Assembly: GCA_965215335.1 (NCBI GenBank)
Contig: CBDCDA010000002.1
Location: forward strand, 736,001 to 800,000
From: an uncultured Candidatus Entotheonella sp.
GTDB taxonomy: Bacteria; Tectomicrobia; Entotheonellia; Entotheonellales; Entotheonellaceae
DNA: 64,000 bases
Direction of reading: 5' to 3'
This document shows positions 49,041 through 60,005 of the stretch, piece by piece. How positions within the stretch are numbered: position 1 is the first letter of the stretch; each line of letters begins with the position of its first letter. The notes below the pieces were generated by a model, which was not told where the DNA came from, searched no databases, and was given only the letters and a program-made list of their open reading frames with translations. Made by a program: the position numbers and the translations under genes.

Positions 49041-49856
49041 CTAGGCGACCGGTTCGGCGTATTTCTCGCGGAGCCAGTCGTAGCCGCTTGCTTCCAGCTT
49101 TTCGGCCATGTCCGCTCCGCCCGATTCGACGATCTGCCCATCCAGGAGGATGTGCACGAAATGCGGCTTGATGTAGTTCAACAGGCGCTGATAGTGGGTA
49201 ATGACCAGGACGCCGAGCTCCGAGCCGGCAAGGGCGTTGACCCCTTCCGCTACCGTGCGCAGGGCATCGATGTCCAGGCCGGAGTCGGTCTCGTCGAGAA
49301 TGGCGAATTTCGGCTGCAGCATGGCCAGTTGCAAGACCTCGACGCGTTTCTTTTCCCCACCTGAGAAGCCCTCGTTCAGGTAGCGGCGCGCAAACGCCTG
49401 ATCGATGCCGAGGCCTTTCATCTTGCCGAGCAGTTCGCGCCGGAACTCGCGCATCGGCACGAGCATTCCCTGACCGGTCGTTGTCTCTTGGGGATCGACG
49501 CCGGCAGCGGCATGGCGGGCGCGGCGCACGGCGCTGACCGAGCGGCGCAGAAAATCCGCCAGGGTGACGCCGGGGATGGTGGTGGGGTATTGGAAGGCCA
49601 GGAACAGGCCGCGATGGGCGCGTTCGTCGACCGCGAGGTCGAGCAGGTCTTCATCGCCCAGCAGAATCTCGCCGGCGTCCACGCGGTACTTCTCGTTGCC
49701 CATGAGGGCGTAGGCCAGGGTGCTTTTACCCGAGCCGTTGGGTCCCATCAGGGCGTGAATCTCTCCCTGTCGAATCTTCAGGTTCAGGCCCCGCAGGATG
49801 GGCTTGTCCTCGACACTGACCTGCAGGTTCCGAATGCTCAGGTTCATGCGACTCAT
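49041..49856 (-). CDS. sufC: Fe-S cluster assembly ATPase SufC
   Basis: [31 protein letters not shown]. Confidence 0.97.
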   Translation of the reverse strand: MSRMNLSIRNLQVSVEDKPILRGLNLKIRQGEIHALMGPNGSGKSTLAYALMGNEKYRVDAGEILLGDEDLLDLAVDERAHRGLFLAFQYPTTIPGVTLADFLRRSVSAVRRARHAAAGVDPQETTTGQGMLVPMREFRRELLGKMKGLGIDQAFARRYLNEGFSGGEKKRVEVLQLAMLQPKFAILDETDSGLDIDALRTVAEGVNALAGSELGVLVITHYQRLLNYIKPHFVHILLDGQIVESGGADMAEKLEASGYDWLREKYAEPVA

Positions 49857-49983
49857 TGCTCCCTTTCACATTTTCCTTCATTTTTGCTTTTGCTGATGCA
49901 TCTCCCTTCTCCTTATGGAGGGGGATTTCGGCTTCCTCTCCCTCCAGGGGAGGGAGAGGGTCGGGAGGGCGTGCAAACCGGCC

Positions 49984-50622
49984 CTATGCCAGTGGTTTCT
50001 TCACCTGAAACTGGCAGCCATGGTGCCCGTCAAGCTGCGATTGATACAGCGTTACCGGCGACCCCAGGGCCAATTCCATGGCTTCGATTTCCATGCCGCA
50101 AACCTCGCGGTACTCCCGGGCCAGGCCGTAATACGGGCAGCCGTACTCGGTGAGCACGAAGGCGTCGGCTTCCTCGTCCACCTTGCTGGGAATGCCGTAC
50201 ACCTTGAGCCAGGCCGCCAGGTCCTGCAAGCGTTCCTGCACCGCGATGCCGTGCATCTGCTCGGCGTAACGACGCCCCAGACGCGAACTGACCCGGCTGA
50301 GAAGTTGCTGCGCGAGGCCCGGGTCACCGAGCCGCAGCACTTCGCCGAGCAGGGCATGCGCCAAGTCCATCGAGCCGCGGGCGAAGAGCTCGTGGCCTTT
50401 GTCCGAAAGGTCGTAGACGGCGTGCGGACGGCCTCGTTTTTCGCGTACCGTGTCGGAGGCCACGAGACCGGCGGCGACCAAGGAAGTCAACTGCTGGCGC
50501 ACGGCTGTCGTGGTGACGCCCAACTCGACTTCGATTTCCTTGATGCTGCGTCTGCCCTGGCGTTGCAAGAGGCGCAGAATCTGGCCAGCCGGCGAATTGT
50601 CATGTCGTATGTCGGACAACAT
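49984..50622 (-). CDS. SufR-like HTH transcriptional regulator
   Basis: wHTH with AVRQQL and RGRP; C-terminal CPY...C...C; heads the suf operon. Confidence 0.85.
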   Translation of the reverse strand: MLSDIRHDNSPAGQILRLLQRQGRRSIKEIEVELGVTTTAVRQQLTSLVAAGLVASDTVREKRGRPHAVYDLSDKGHELFARGSMDLAHALLGEVLRLGDPGLAQQLLSRVSSRLGRRYAEQMHGIAVQERLQDLAAWLKVYGIPSKVDEEADAFVLTEYGCPYYGLAREYREVCGMEIEAMELALGSPVTLYQSQLDGHHGCQFQVKKPLA

Positions 50623-50801
50623 GGCGCGGTTCCCTCAATACGAAACAATGGCACCAAGTACTGTAACGGTCGTCGGTATTATTGTCAATTTTATCTGTCA
50701 GAATTTACATTGGCCTTCGCTGGCCCGTTGGGCTATGCTTCGCCGGTGTCCGGACCTGTCTGTCTTGCTCGTTTCCACATCTCTACCGAATCCTCACAAC
50801 C

Positions 50802-53072
50802 ATGACAGTAGCCGATACCCTGAGCGATGCCCGCGACGTCCTGTTCGAGCGCTTCGGGCACCGCGATTTCCGGCCCGGTCAGACCGCCATTATCGAAACG
50901 GTGCTGGCGGGGCGCGACGTCCTGGCCGTGATGCCGACCGGCAGTGGCAAATCCCTCTGCTACCAGTTGCCGGCGGTGTTTCGGGAGGGTTGCACGCTGG
51001 TGGTGTCGCCGCTCATTGCTCTGATGAAGGATCAGGTTGACGCCTTGCAGGCGCAGGGCATTGCCGCCACGTATGTCAACAGCTCCCTGCCGCCGCACGA
51101 ACAGCAGGAACGGCTGCGAGCATGCCGGGCGGGCGTCTACGACCTGCTTTACATCGCGCCGGAGCGGTTTCGCAGCGCGCGGTTCGTGGAAGCCATTTCC
51201 CGCACGCAGGTATCGCTGTTCGCCATCGACGAAGCGCATTGCATTTCCGAGTGGGGGCACGATTTCCGCCCCGACTACCTGCGCCTGCGGGAGGCCGTGG
51301 CGCTGCCGACCCGGCCGTCGGTGCTGGCCCTCACCGCCACGGCGACGGTAGACGTGCAACAGGACATCGTGCAGCAGTTGGGCCGTCCGGGCATGCAGCC
51401 CTTCGTGTACGGCTTTGATCGCGCCAATCTGGTTTATCGGGTGCTGGCCCTGAACGGCCAGGCAGCCAAGCTGCGGGCCCTGCAGGAAGAGCTTGTCGCG
51501 CAGCAGGACGGCAGCGCGATCATCTACACTTCGACGCGCCGGGCGGCAGAGGAAGTCGCCGCGTTTCTGCAAGGGCTAGGCGCGGAGGTGCTGCTCTACC
51601 ATGCCGGGCTGTCCGATGCGGCGCGCAAGCAGGCGCAGGACGCCTTCATGGAGCGGCCAAACGGCCTGATCGTGGCGACCAACGCCTTTGGCATGGGGAT
51701 CGATAAGCCCGACGTGCGGTGCGTTGTGCATTTCAATTTGCCGCGCTCGCTGGAAGCCTATTACCAGGAAGCCGGGCGTGCGGGGCGGGACGGCACCGAG
51801 GCGCAGTGCGTGTTGCTGTTCAGCTACGGCGACGTGCGCATCCAGGAGTTTCTGGTCGAGCACAACAATCCGACGCGCGCGGTGCTTGAGCGGGTCTATG
51901 AATTGATCGCCGGCATGGGACCGTCGGGGACGGAGGTGCCATTGTCGGCCCTGTCGCGGCACCTAGGACGCGGCGGCAGCGCCATGCAACTTGGCGCGGC
52001 TGCCCGGTTGTTGGAAAAGGCCGGTCACATTGAGCAACTGACGAATTTCGAGGCCGGCGACAGCCTGCCGGCCGGCACGCCGAACACGCTGGCGCGTCTG
52101 GCCGGGGAGCCGGTGCCGCCGCATGCCCTGGTTCTGGACGATGACGCTTTACGGCGTCGCCGACAACACGAATTGGCCAAACTCCGCCGCATGGTCGGCT
52201 ACGCCAGCGCCCGTCAGTGCCGGCGGCAGAAGATATTGGGATACTTCGGCGAGACTTGGGACAAGCCGAACTGCGCCGCCTGCGATCATTGCCTGAGCGA
52301 AACGGCCCCCAAGAGCGCGGCGGCAAGTCCGGCGCGCCCCCCTTCGGAGGGCGAATGGCTGGTGATCCAGAAAATTCTCAGTTGCGTGGCCCGCATGGGC
52401 GGACGCTACGGCCGCACCCGGGTGGTTCAGGTTCTGCTGGGCTCGCGGGCCAGGGAGATTCGCGGTACGCACCTGTCGCGACTATCGACGTATGGCATTC
52501 TGAAGGGTTCGCCGCGTCCGATGATCGACGCCTACATGGATGCGTTGATCGGCGCGGACTGCATCGACGTTGCGGGGGACGAATACCCCAAGCTGAAAAT
52601 GACGGATCACGGGCAGGCGGTGATGCGCCGGCAACAGAGCGTCCGGTTACCGCTGCTGCCCGAGGCCGGGACGACATCCCATCGAGCCGCCGAACCGCCG
52701 CCTCGGCCCCGACCTGCCGGACGCGAGGGCTTCACCGGGGTGGTTCCATCGCTGACGCCAGAAGTGATCTCGGCGGCGGAGTTCCAGGCGGCCCCGCAGG
52801 CGTCGGAACCCGAGCTTGAGTGTGATCCCGTTTTGCTGCAGCGCCTGCAGGTGCGGCGCAAGGCGCTGGCGGCGGCCGAATCCCTACCGGCGTACTGCGT
52901 CGTCAACAACCGCACGCTACGGGAACTGGCGCAACGGCTACCCACCGAGCGCCATGCCCTGTTGCAGATATACGGGATCGGTGAGGAGAAGGCACGCAAG
53001 TATGGTGAGATGTTTCTGGACGAGATTCGCGCTCATCTGGCCGCTAACCGGGCGGCACGGAAGCAGGGCTGA
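50802..53072 (+). CDS. recQ: RecQ-family DNA helicase
   Basis: MPTGSGKSLCYQ, DEAHCISEWGHDFRP, QEAGRAGRDG, Zn, RQC and HRDC domains. Confidence 0.95.
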   Translation: MTVADTLSDARDVLFERFGHRDFRPGQTAIIETVLAGRDVLAVMPTGSGKSLCYQLPAVFREGCTLVVSPLIALMKDQVDALQAQGIAATYVNSSLPPHEQQERLRACRAGVYDLLYIAPERFRSARFVEAISRTQVSLFAIDEAHCISEWGHDFRPDYLRLREAVALPTRPSVLALTATATVDVQQDIVQQLGRPGMQPFVYGFDRANLVYRVLALNGQAAKLRALQEELVAQQDGSAIIYTSTRRAAEEVAAFLQGLGAEVLLYHAGLSDAARKQAQDAFMERPNGLIVATNAFGMGIDKPDVRCVVHFNLPRSLEAYYQEAGRAGRDGTEAQCVLLFSYGDVRIQEFLVEHNNPTRAVLERVYELIAGMGPSGTEVPLSALSRHLGRGGSAMQLGAAARLLEKAGHIEQLTNFEAGDSLPAGTPNTLARLAGEPVPPHALVLDDDALRRRRQHELAKLRRMVGYASARQCRRQKILGYFGETWDKPNCAACDHCLSETAPKSAAASPARPPSEGEWLVIQKILSCVARMGGRYGRTRVVQVLLGSRAREIRGTHLSRLSTYGILKGSPRPMIDAYMDALIGADCIDVAGDEYPKLKMTDHGQAVMRRQQSVRLPLLPEAGTTSHRAAEPPPRPRPAGREGFTGVVPSLTPEVISAAEFQAAPQASEPELECDPVLLQRLQVRRKALAAAESLPAYCVVNNRTLRELAQRLPTERHALLQIYGIGEEKARKYGEMFLDEIRAHLAANRAARKQG

Positions 53073-54080
53073 TTACAGGGTCACCACGATCTTGCCGAAA
53101 TGGGTGGCGCTTTCCATGCAGGACAGCGCTTGTCGCGCTTCCTCGAAAGGAAAGGCGCGGTCGATGACCGGCCGCAGGGTGTGCAGCGACAGGGCGCGGT
53201 TCATGGCCTCGAACATCGCCCGCGAGCCGACGTAGATGCCCTGCATGCGGATGCTCTTGCGCAGGATGGCCATGGGATCCATGGTGCCGCTGCCGGTCAG
53301 AACGCCGATGAGGCTGACCGTGCCGCCGATGCGCACGGCCTGCAGCGATTTTTCGAGCGTGCCGACGCCGCCGACTTCCACCACGTGATCCACCCCGACG
53401 CCGCCGGTCAATTCCAGCACCCGCTTTTCCCAGTCCGGCGTGGCTTTGTAGTTGATGCACTCGGCAGCCCCGAGTTGCCTGGCCCGCTCCAGCTTGGCGT
53501 CGCTGCTGGACGTGATGATGGTCTTGGCGCCCGCAAGGGCGGCGAATTGCAGCGCGAAGATCGACACTCCGCCGGTGCCGAGCACCAGGATGGTGTCGCC
53601 GGCCTGCAGGCCGCCCTTGGTCATCAACCCCTGCCAGGCGGTCACCGCCGCGCACGGCAGCGTGGCGGCTTCTTCATACGACAGATAGTCAGGTACGTGC
53701 ACCAGGCCGTCCTCGTGCAGGACGACCTGCTCCGCCAGCATGCCGTCGAGCGCCCCGCCCAGCGCCGATTCGGCATGCGCCTGCGTCGGTTCCCCGGCCA
53801 GCCAGGTCTGCATGAAAATGCCCATGACCCGGTCCCCCGGCTTGACTCGGCTGACCCCCGGGCCAACCTCGACAATTTCACCCGCCCCGTCCGACAGCGG
53901 AATCAGTGGCGTCCGCACGCCCCGGCTGCCGCCATGCTTGACCGTCATCAGATCCCGGTAATTCAGCGACGTCGCCCTGACCCGCAGCCGCGTCTGCCGC
54001 GGCTGCAAAGCCGCTTCCTGCCGTTCCGCCAGCCGCAGGTTGGCGATGCCGAACGCGTCGCGAATTTCAAAGACTCTCAT
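53073..54080 (-). CDS. NAD(P)-dependent medium-chain (zinc-type ADH-like) oxidoreductase
   Basis: SLNYRD, PLSDGAG, GTGGVS, HFGKIV. Confidence 0.92.
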   Translation of the reverse strand: MRVFEIRDAFGIANLRLAERQEAALQPRQTRLRVRATSLNYRDLMTVKHGGSRGVRTPLIPLSDGAGEIVEVGPGVSRVKPGDRVMGIFMQTWLAGEPTQAHAESALGGALDGMLAEQVVLHEDGLVHVPDYLSYEEAATLPCAAVTAWQGLMTKGGLQAGDTILVLGTGGVSIFALQFAALAGAKTIITSSSDAKLERARQLGAAECINYKATPDWEKRVLELTGGVGVDHVVEVGGVGTLEKSLQAVRIGGTVSLIGVLTGSGTMDPMAILRKSIRMQGIYVGSRAMFEAMNRALSLHTLRPVIDRAFPFEEARQALSCMESATHFGKIVVTL

Positions 54081-54278
54081 AAATCGGCAGCTCCTTTTGT
54101 GCCTGGATAACCCTGTTCACGTAAAGCTAAAGCGCGAATTGTGCCACAACCTCGCCGGGCGCTGCACGGCCTGTTTCTCCACCCCTGGAAATACGCCGCC
54201 CGGCAGTGTTATCCTTGGGCTGGCCGCAGGCCAGCCCATCCCAACCGATTCTCGAGACCGCCAACGAAAGCGAACACC

Positions 54279-55475
54279 TTGTCCAACCCCGCATCGTTCG
54301 ATCCCGACCCGCATCCGTCTGACGTGCAAATCGTGGCGCACCAAGGGCGCACCTTCCTTCTGGTGGGCACAGCGCATATTTCGCAGGAGTCCGCCGACCT
54401 GGTGCGACAGGTGATCAGCAGGGAGCGGCCGGATTGCGTGTGCGTGGAGCTGGACGCGCAGCGCCATGCGGCGCTGTCGGCAGGCAGCCGCTGGGAGGAC
54501 CTCGACCTGAAGGAGGTCATTCGCAAGCGCCAGCTCAGCGCGCTGCTGGCCAACCTGATCCTGGCTTCCTACCAGAAGCGACTGGGGGGCCAGTTGGGCG
54601 TGACGCCGGGCACAGAACTGCTGGAGGCGACCAAGGTCGCGGAAGAGCACGACATTCCGGTGACGCTGTGCGACCGCGCCGTACGGGTGACCATGCTGCG
54701 GGCCTGGCGTTCCACGTCGTTCCTGCGCAAGTTCTGGCTGCTGTCTGCTCTGCTCGGCAGCATGTTCGACAGCATCCGCGTTTCCGAAGACGACTTGCGC
54801 GACATCCGGAAGAAAGACGTTCTCACCGAATTGCTCCAGGAACTCGGCACGATGTTTCCTGCATTGCACAAGGTCCTCATCGATGAGCGTGATGTGTATC
54901 TGGCGGAAAAAATGCGGCAGTCCGAGGGCCACCGCGTGGTGGCGGTGGTCGGCGCGGCGCACGTGCCTGGCATTGCGCGGGCGCTGCAAGCCTCGTCGCC
55001 CGTCGATCTGGACGCCCTCGACACGATGCCGGCGACGCTGCCAATCGGCAAGTGGCTGGGCTGGGCCATTCCCGCCCTGATCATCGCGGCCATGGCCGCC
55101 ATCGGCTGGCAGCAAGGGGCCGCCGCCATGGGCGACAGCGTGCTGTACTGGATCCTGGTCAACGCCATTCCCTGCGCCATCGGCGCCACCCTGGCGCTGG
55201 CGCATCCGCTGACGATCCTCACCGGACTCGTGGCCGCGCCGCTGACCAGTCTGACCCCGGTCATCGGCGCCGGATACGTCACCGCCTTCGTGCAGGCGTA
55301 TGTCGCCCCGCCCCTGGTTCACGAGTTGCAGACCATTGCGGAGGACATGCGGGTTCCTAAGAACTGGTGGCGCAACCGGCTGCTGCGCATCTTCCTGGCG
55401 TTCATGCTGCCGACGCTCGGCAGTCTCATCGGTACGTATGTGGGCGGGTACGGTATTTTGACGGACCTGTTCTGA
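54279..55475 (+). CDS. TraB/GumN (pheromone-shutdown/Tiki-like) family membrane protein
   Basis: LVGTAHIS, CVELD, LIDERD, VVGAAH; C-terminal TMs; start uncertain. Confidence 0.88.
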   Translation: MSNPASFDPDPHPSDVQIVAHQGRTFLLVGTAHISQESADLVRQVISRERPDCVCVELDAQRHAALSAGSRWEDLDLKEVIRKRQLSALLANLILASYQKRLGGQLGVTPGTELLEATKVAEEHDIPVTLCDRAVRVTMLRAWRSTSFLRKFWLLSALLGSMFDSIRVSEDDLRDIRKKDVLTELLQELGTMFPALHKVLIDERDVYLAEKMRQSEGHRVVAVVGAAHVPGIARALQASSPVDLDALDTMPATLPIGKWLGWAIPALIIAAMAAIGWQQGAAAMGDSVLYWILVNAIPCAIGATLALAHPLTILTGLVAAPLTSLTPVIGAGYVTAFVQAYVAPPLVHELQTIAEDMRVPKNWWRNRLLRIFLAFMLPTLGSLIGTYVGGYGILTDLF

Positions 55476-55509
55476 GCTTGTTGGCGATGGGGGACCGGCA
55501 GGGCAGGTG

Positions 55510-55722
55510 TCATTTCCGACCGGAAAGAAGGGTGGAAAAGTCGCTGGCGTCCGAGTCCATTTTCGATCCCACCGAGGTCGCGCAGACCGCACAGCGGTAA
55601 TCGTACTTGTTCCCCGTCGGCAAGACCAGCAGCAGATGCTGGCGCACGGGCCGCGGCTGTCGGCAACGCTGGCAGAATAGCTCTGACGCCTCCAGCGTCT
55701 TGTAATGCGGCTGTTCGGGCAT
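55510..55722 (-). CDS. Small Zn-ribbon protein
   Basis: CQRC...LLLVLP...CAVC; GGAGG RBS. Confidence 0.7.
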   Translation of the reverse strand: MPEQPHYKTLEASELFCQRCRQPRPVRQHLLLVLPTGNKYDYRCAVCATSVGSKMDSDASDFSTLLSGRK

Positions 55723-55754
55723 TTTTTTCCCTTCCCTCCGGCTTGAGGCACTTC

Positions 55755-56879
55755 GTGACAAAGGCACGTGATCCCGCCACCTACGCCGCCGCCGGGGTCG
55801 ATCTGGCACTCGGCGACGCCGCCTCGCGCCTGCTCTACAAAGCCGCTCGGCAGACCTGGAAACAGCGGCGGGACCGTTTGGGCACCGTGATTATACCGCA
55901 CGACGACTTCTCGGGCATACGCGCCATCGAGGTGGGAAACCTGCTGCCCGACACAGTCATGGGGATCGGCTTCGACGGCATCGGTAGCAAGATCGAAATT
56001 GCCGAGCGCCTGGGCGCCTGGGCCACTCTGGCCCACGATCTGTTCGCCATGGTGTGCGATGACGCCGTCGCCCAAGGCGCCGAGCCGGTGCTGGTGGGCA
56101 CCGTTCTGGACGTGAACCGCGTGGACCTCGACGCCGTCGCCCAACTTGCCGAGGGCTACGTGTCGGCCGCTGCTGCCGCCGGCGTTGCCGTGCTCAATGG
56201 CGAACTGGCAGAATGCGGCTCGCGCCTCAGCGGCTATGGCCCCTTCACCTGCAACTGGGGCGCCGGCGTGGTGTGGTTCGCCCGCCGTGACCGCCTGTTG
56301 AGCGGCGCCGCCGTGCGTGCCGGCGACGCCATCGTCGGTCTGGCCGAAACCGGCTGCCGCTCGAACGGCTACACGCTGCTGCGCCAGATTCTGTTGCGCC
56401 AACACGGCGACGACTGGCACACCGTGCCGCACGGCGAGACGACCCTGGGCGAGCTGGCCTTGCAGCCGTCGCGTATTTTTGCCAGGGCCATCGTCGACAT
56501 GCTTGGCGGTATCGATGGCGACCCGCAAGCCTCGCTGCACGGCGTTGTGCACGTCACCGGCGGCGGCGTGCCGGCCAAGCTCGGACGCCTGTTGCGGCGC
56601 GCCAATCTGGGCGCTGACCTGACCTCGCCGTTACCGCCTGGCCCGCTGTTGACGTACCTGCAGATGCAGGGGCCGGTGAGCGACCGGGAAGCCTACCGGG
56701 TGTGGAACATGGGCCACGGCATGCTCGTCTGCACGCCGCAACCCGACGCCGTCCTGGCGGTCGCCGCGCACCACGGCATCACCGCGCAGGTGGTCGGACG
56801 CCTCACCGCGCAGCGTGGCATCCGCCTGCGCAGCCGCGGTTATTTCAATGCTGGCGAATTGCTCGGCGATCCCTGGTGA
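55755..56879 (+). CDS. purM: AIR synthase (PurM-like)
   Basis: YAAAGVD, DGIGSK, GELA, RSNGYTL, HVTGGG, WNMG. Confidence 0.85.
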   Translation: MTKARDPATYAAAGVDLALGDAASRLLYKAARQTWKQRRDRLGTVIIPHDDFSGIRAIEVGNLLPDTVMGIGFDGIGSKIEIAERLGAWATLAHDLFAMVCDDAVAQGAEPVLVGTVLDVNRVDLDAVAQLAEGYVSAAAAAGVAVLNGELAECGSRLSGYGPFTCNWGAGVVWFARRDRLLSGAAVRAGDAIVGLAETGCRSNGYTLLRQILLRQHGDDWHTVPHGETTLGELALQPSRIFARAIVDMLGGIDGDPQASLHGVVHVTGGGVPAKLGRLLRRANLGADLTSPLPPGPLLTYLQMQGPVSDREAYRVWNMGHGMLVCTPQPDAVLAVAAHHGITAQVVGRLTAQRGIRLRSRGYFNAGELLGDPW

Positions 56880-57096
56880 CCGGCTCCAGGGGAGTAATTT
56901 GATGACGTGGCTTGAAATGCTGGAGTAACGAATCCTCAAGACCGCCCCGGATTCCCGCATCGTCATCGATACCGAGGCCAAGCGGGAGATCGCCAGGGAG
57001 GCTGTCCGATGCCTGCGGCCCCATGATGGCCTGACGGTCACGATCGACGAGGAACCGGCCTACCCGTGGTGGCTGGAAGAAGCGGCAGGACGGTGA

Positions 57097-57294
57097 TTAA
57101 ACGGGGAAGGGCCGCGATTCGTCGCGGCGTTCTTCAATCACGAAGCCGTCCGGGTCGCGCAGTTGAATGGTCTCGCCCGGCGCCAGGTGGTACATGGAAA
57201 AGGTCTGATCTGCGAGCTTCTCGCTGTCGATCTGAATGCCGTCGAAAACCCACTGCTCGCTCCCGTAAGGCTTCCGCCAGATCGTGTACGCCAT
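57097..57294 (-). CDS. Small hypothetical protein
   Basis: GGAGG RBS; 65-aa globular-looking ORF. Confidence 0.6.
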   Translation of the reverse strand: MAYTIWRKPYGSEQWVFDGIQIDSEKLADQTFSMYHLAPGETIQLRDPDGFVIEERRDESRPFPV

Positions 57295-57360
57295 GCCCAT
57301 ACCTCCAAGGAAAGCCTGCCGATCATTGCCGTGAAAACAGACGGTTCGGCGCTGTCGCGT

Positions 57361-57447
57361 CGTCATCCCGGTGCGCGCCGGAATCCCAGCGACCTCCGAC
57401 ACCACAAAAGCCTTCCTGCCCCCCCGGCTTTCGCCGAGGTGACGGCG
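57361..57447. repeat. REP-like inverted pair
   Basis: CGTCATCCCGG...CCGG and CCCCGGCTTTCGCCGAGGTGACGG, related to 41235-41262. Confidence 0.5.
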
Positions 57448-57461
57448 GGAGTACGGTAGTG

Positions 57462-58652
57462 TCAGATAGCCTTGACCTCGCGCAGGCGTCCGACCTCCGT
57501 GGCGTCCACGTGCAGCCATTCGGACAGCACCCGTTCGGTGTGCTCGCCCAGCAACGGCGGCGGTATTGCCACGGCCCCCGGCGTTTCGGAGAGCTTGACC
57601 GGCACCCCCGTCACCCGCAACGGTCCGGCCTTGGGGTGGTCCACCTCGACCACCATGTCGCGCGCCGCCACCTGCGGATCCTCGCACACCTCGCCGACCG
57701 ATTGAATGACGCCACACGGAATGCCGTGCCGCTGCAGCGTGTCCACCCATTCGCGCGTCGTTTTCTGCTGCATGACCGGCTCGATCAGCGCCTGCAATTG
57801 CTTGCGGTGTCGCACGCGGTCGGCGTTGGTGGCGAAGCGCGCGTCCTCGCTCCATTCCTTGCGCTCCAGGGCGCCGCAGAACGCCCGCCACATGGCGTCG
57901 TTGCCGCACGCCAGGTTGATGTAGCCGTCCTCGCAGCGGTACGTTTCGTACGGCGTGATGGTGGGGTGCTGGTTGCCCATGCGCGTCGGGCTCTCGCCGG
58001 TGGCGAAGTAGATGCCGGCCTGATACGTCAGCAACGCCACCTGACAGTCCAGCATGCCGATGTCGACCTTCTGCCCGCAGCCGGTTTGCTGGCGCGCCAG
58101 CAACGACAGCAGAATGCCCTGGAAGCCCATCATGCCGGCCACCACGTCGGCCGGCGAGGTGCCGACCTTGTACGGTGGGCCGTCCGGGCTGCCGGTGAGG
58201 CTGGAGACGCCACCTTCGCCCTGGATGATCAGGTCGTATCCCGGCAGCGCGGCCTTCGGGCCGGTGTGACCAAAGCCGGAGATGGAGCAGAAGATCAGGC
58301 GCGGGTTGACCTCGCGCGCCGTTTCGTAGCCATAGCCGAACGATTCCATGGTCCCCGGCCTGAAATTCTCCACCAGCACGTCCGCGGCGGCGATCAGCCG
58401 TTCCAGCACCTTCAGCCCGTCGGCGTGCTTGAGATTCAGCGTCAGGCTTCGCTTGTTGCGGTTCACGCTCATGAAATAGGCGCTTTCGCCATTGAGAAAC
58501 GGCGGGCCGTAGGCGCGGGTGTCGTCCCCGGCGCCGGGGCGCTCCACCTTCACCACGTCGGCGCCCATGTCGGCGAGCAGCAGGGTGCAATAGGGTCCGG
58601 CAAGGACCCGCGTCAGGTCCAATACTTTGATTCCGTCCAGCGGTTTCGTCAT
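57462..58652 (-). CDS. CaiB/BaiF family (class III) CoA transferase
   Basis: LDGIKVLDLTRVLAGP, NRNKRS, ADVLVENFRPG, PPLLGEHT. Confidence 0.95.
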   Translation of the reverse strand: MTKPLDGIKVLDLTRVLAGPYCTLLLADMGADVVKVERPGAGDDTRAYGPPFLNGESAYFMSVNRNKRSLTLNLKHADGLKVLERLIAAADVLVENFRPGTMESFGYGYETAREVNPRLIFCSISGFGHTGPKAALPGYDLIIQGEGGVSSLTGSPDGPPYKVGTSPADVVAGMMGFQGILLSLLARQQTGCGQKVDIGMLDCQVALLTYQAGIYFATGESPTRMGNQHPTITPYETYRCEDGYINLACGNDAMWRAFCGALERKEWSEDARFATNADRVRHRKQLQALIEPVMQQKTTREWVDTLQRHGIPCGVIQSVGEVCEDPQVAARDMVVEVDHPKAGPLRVTGVPVKLSETPGAVAIPPPLLGEHTERVLSEWLHVDATEVGRLREVKAI

Positions 58653-58675
58653 GCCTTGGGTTCCTTCCTGGCGCG

Positions 58676-59857
58676 TCAGCGTGACAAGGGGGGATGGGCG
58701 CGAATGGCTTCCTCGTTCAGATCGACGCCCCAGCCGGGGGCGTCGGGTACCCGCAGCTGCCCGTTTTCGATTTCCGGCACGTACGTCACGATGTCGTCCT
58801 TCCACGGCACATCGTCGATGTCGATTTCCATGATGCGGAAGTTGGGGACGGCGGCGCACAGGTGGGCGCTCATCAGGGTGGAGAGGTGGCCGTAGAAGTT
58901 GTGCGGCGCCACGTTGACCTCGTAGGCTTCGGCCATGGCGGCGATTTTCAGCCCCTGCCAGATGCCGTTCCACGGCACGTCGATGATGGCCACGTCCATG
59001 GCGTGGTGCTCGAAATAGGGCTTGAAGCCGCGCACCCCGAACAGCGACTCGCAGGAGGCGACGGGCGTCTTCAGCGCGTCACGGATGCGCCGCAGCGAGG
59101 CGGGATCGTAGAGGTCCAGTTCGAACCAGAAGAGGCCGAGGTCGTCGAGCGCGCGTGTCACCTGAAGGTAGCCTTCGGTTTTGAAGTTGAAATTGAGGTC
59201 GAGGAGAATGCCGACGTCGGGGCCCGCGCCGGCGTGCAGCGCCTCCAGTTGGGCGCGCAGGGCGTTGATGACGGCGCGCTCGGCGTTCAGCGATGGCCAG
59301 CCCGGCGTGCCGCCAAAGCCTGGCATGTGCAGGCGCGGCTCGCCGTCGAACAGGAAGATATTGGTCTTCAGGGCCTTGAAGCCGCGCTCGCGGACTTCCT
59401 GACCCAGCGCCACCAGGTCCTCGACGCGTTCGAGCCTCGGCTTGCCCATGGCTTCGGCCGAGTCGGCGGCCATGCGGTACGTGCCGCAGTGCGACCAGTA
59501 CAGCGGCAGGCGGTCGCGCACCGCGCCGCCGAGCAGCGCGTGCACCGGCACGCCCAGGGCCTTGCCCTTGAGGTCGAGCAGGGCGTTCTCAATGGCTGCG
59601 CTCGCTTGCTGCGTCATGCCCCCGCAGGCCTGTCGGGTGATGGCATAGATCTGTTGGCTCAAGAGTTCATGCGCGCAGGGATCCCGGCCCATCAGGCGCC
59701 GCGCCAGATTCTCGATCACCCCGCTGAGGCCGGGGCTGCCGTAGCTTTCGTTGTACTCGGAGATGCCGTGCAGGCCCTCGTCCGTGGTCAGTTTCAAGAA
59801 CGAGAACACCCGCCATCCGGCGTCGCAGTGCAGGGTCTCGTAGCCCGTCAGTTTCAT
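58676..59857 (-). CDS. Mandelate racemase/muconate lactonizing enzyme family protein
   Basis: ALLDLKGKALG, KALKTN, DLN, APHN, PGWG. Confidence 0.92.
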   Translation of the reverse strand: MKLTGYETLHCDAGWRVFSFLKLTTDEGLHGISEYNESYGSPGLSGVIENLARRLMGRDPCAHELLSQQIYAITRQACGGMTQQASAAIENALLDLKGKALGVPVHALLGGAVRDRLPLYWSHCGTYRMAADSAEAMGKPRLERVEDLVALGQEVRERGFKALKTNIFLFDGEPRLHMPGFGGTPGWPSLNAERAVINALRAQLEALHAGAGPDVGILLDLNFNFKTEGYLQVTRALDDLGLFWFELDLYDPASLRRIRDALKTPVASCESLFGVRGFKPYFEHHAMDVAIIDVPWNGIWQGLKIAAMAEAYEVNVAPHNFYGHLSTLMSAHLCAAVPNFRIMEIDIDDVPWKDDIVTYVPEIENGQLRVPDAPGWGVDLNEEAIRAHPPLSR

Positions 59858-60005
59858 CGGTGGTCCCTTTACGTCTGGTAATATCTGTACGCAGTGGTTA
59901 TCAAGCGAGGCATTATATCCGATAATGGCTGGCAGTATGGCATGTCCCGGCAGCTGGCCCGCTGCCGCTGGTGTCCACTGAACCGTACATCCCGAAAGGA
60001 TCTCC

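Noticed and set aside
49900..49970. Purine/pyrimidine palindrome between sufR and sufC as a novel RNA
   Set aside because: Resembles common CCCTCTCCC...GGGAGAGGG REP-like repeats; single degenerate copy.
54279..55475. Second conjugation gene because of the name TraB
   Set aside because: TraB/GumN family, unrelated to VirB10-like TraB; housekeeping context.
56880..57070. Possible gene after purM
   Set aside because: Short frame with an early stop and no recognisable family; at most a remnant.
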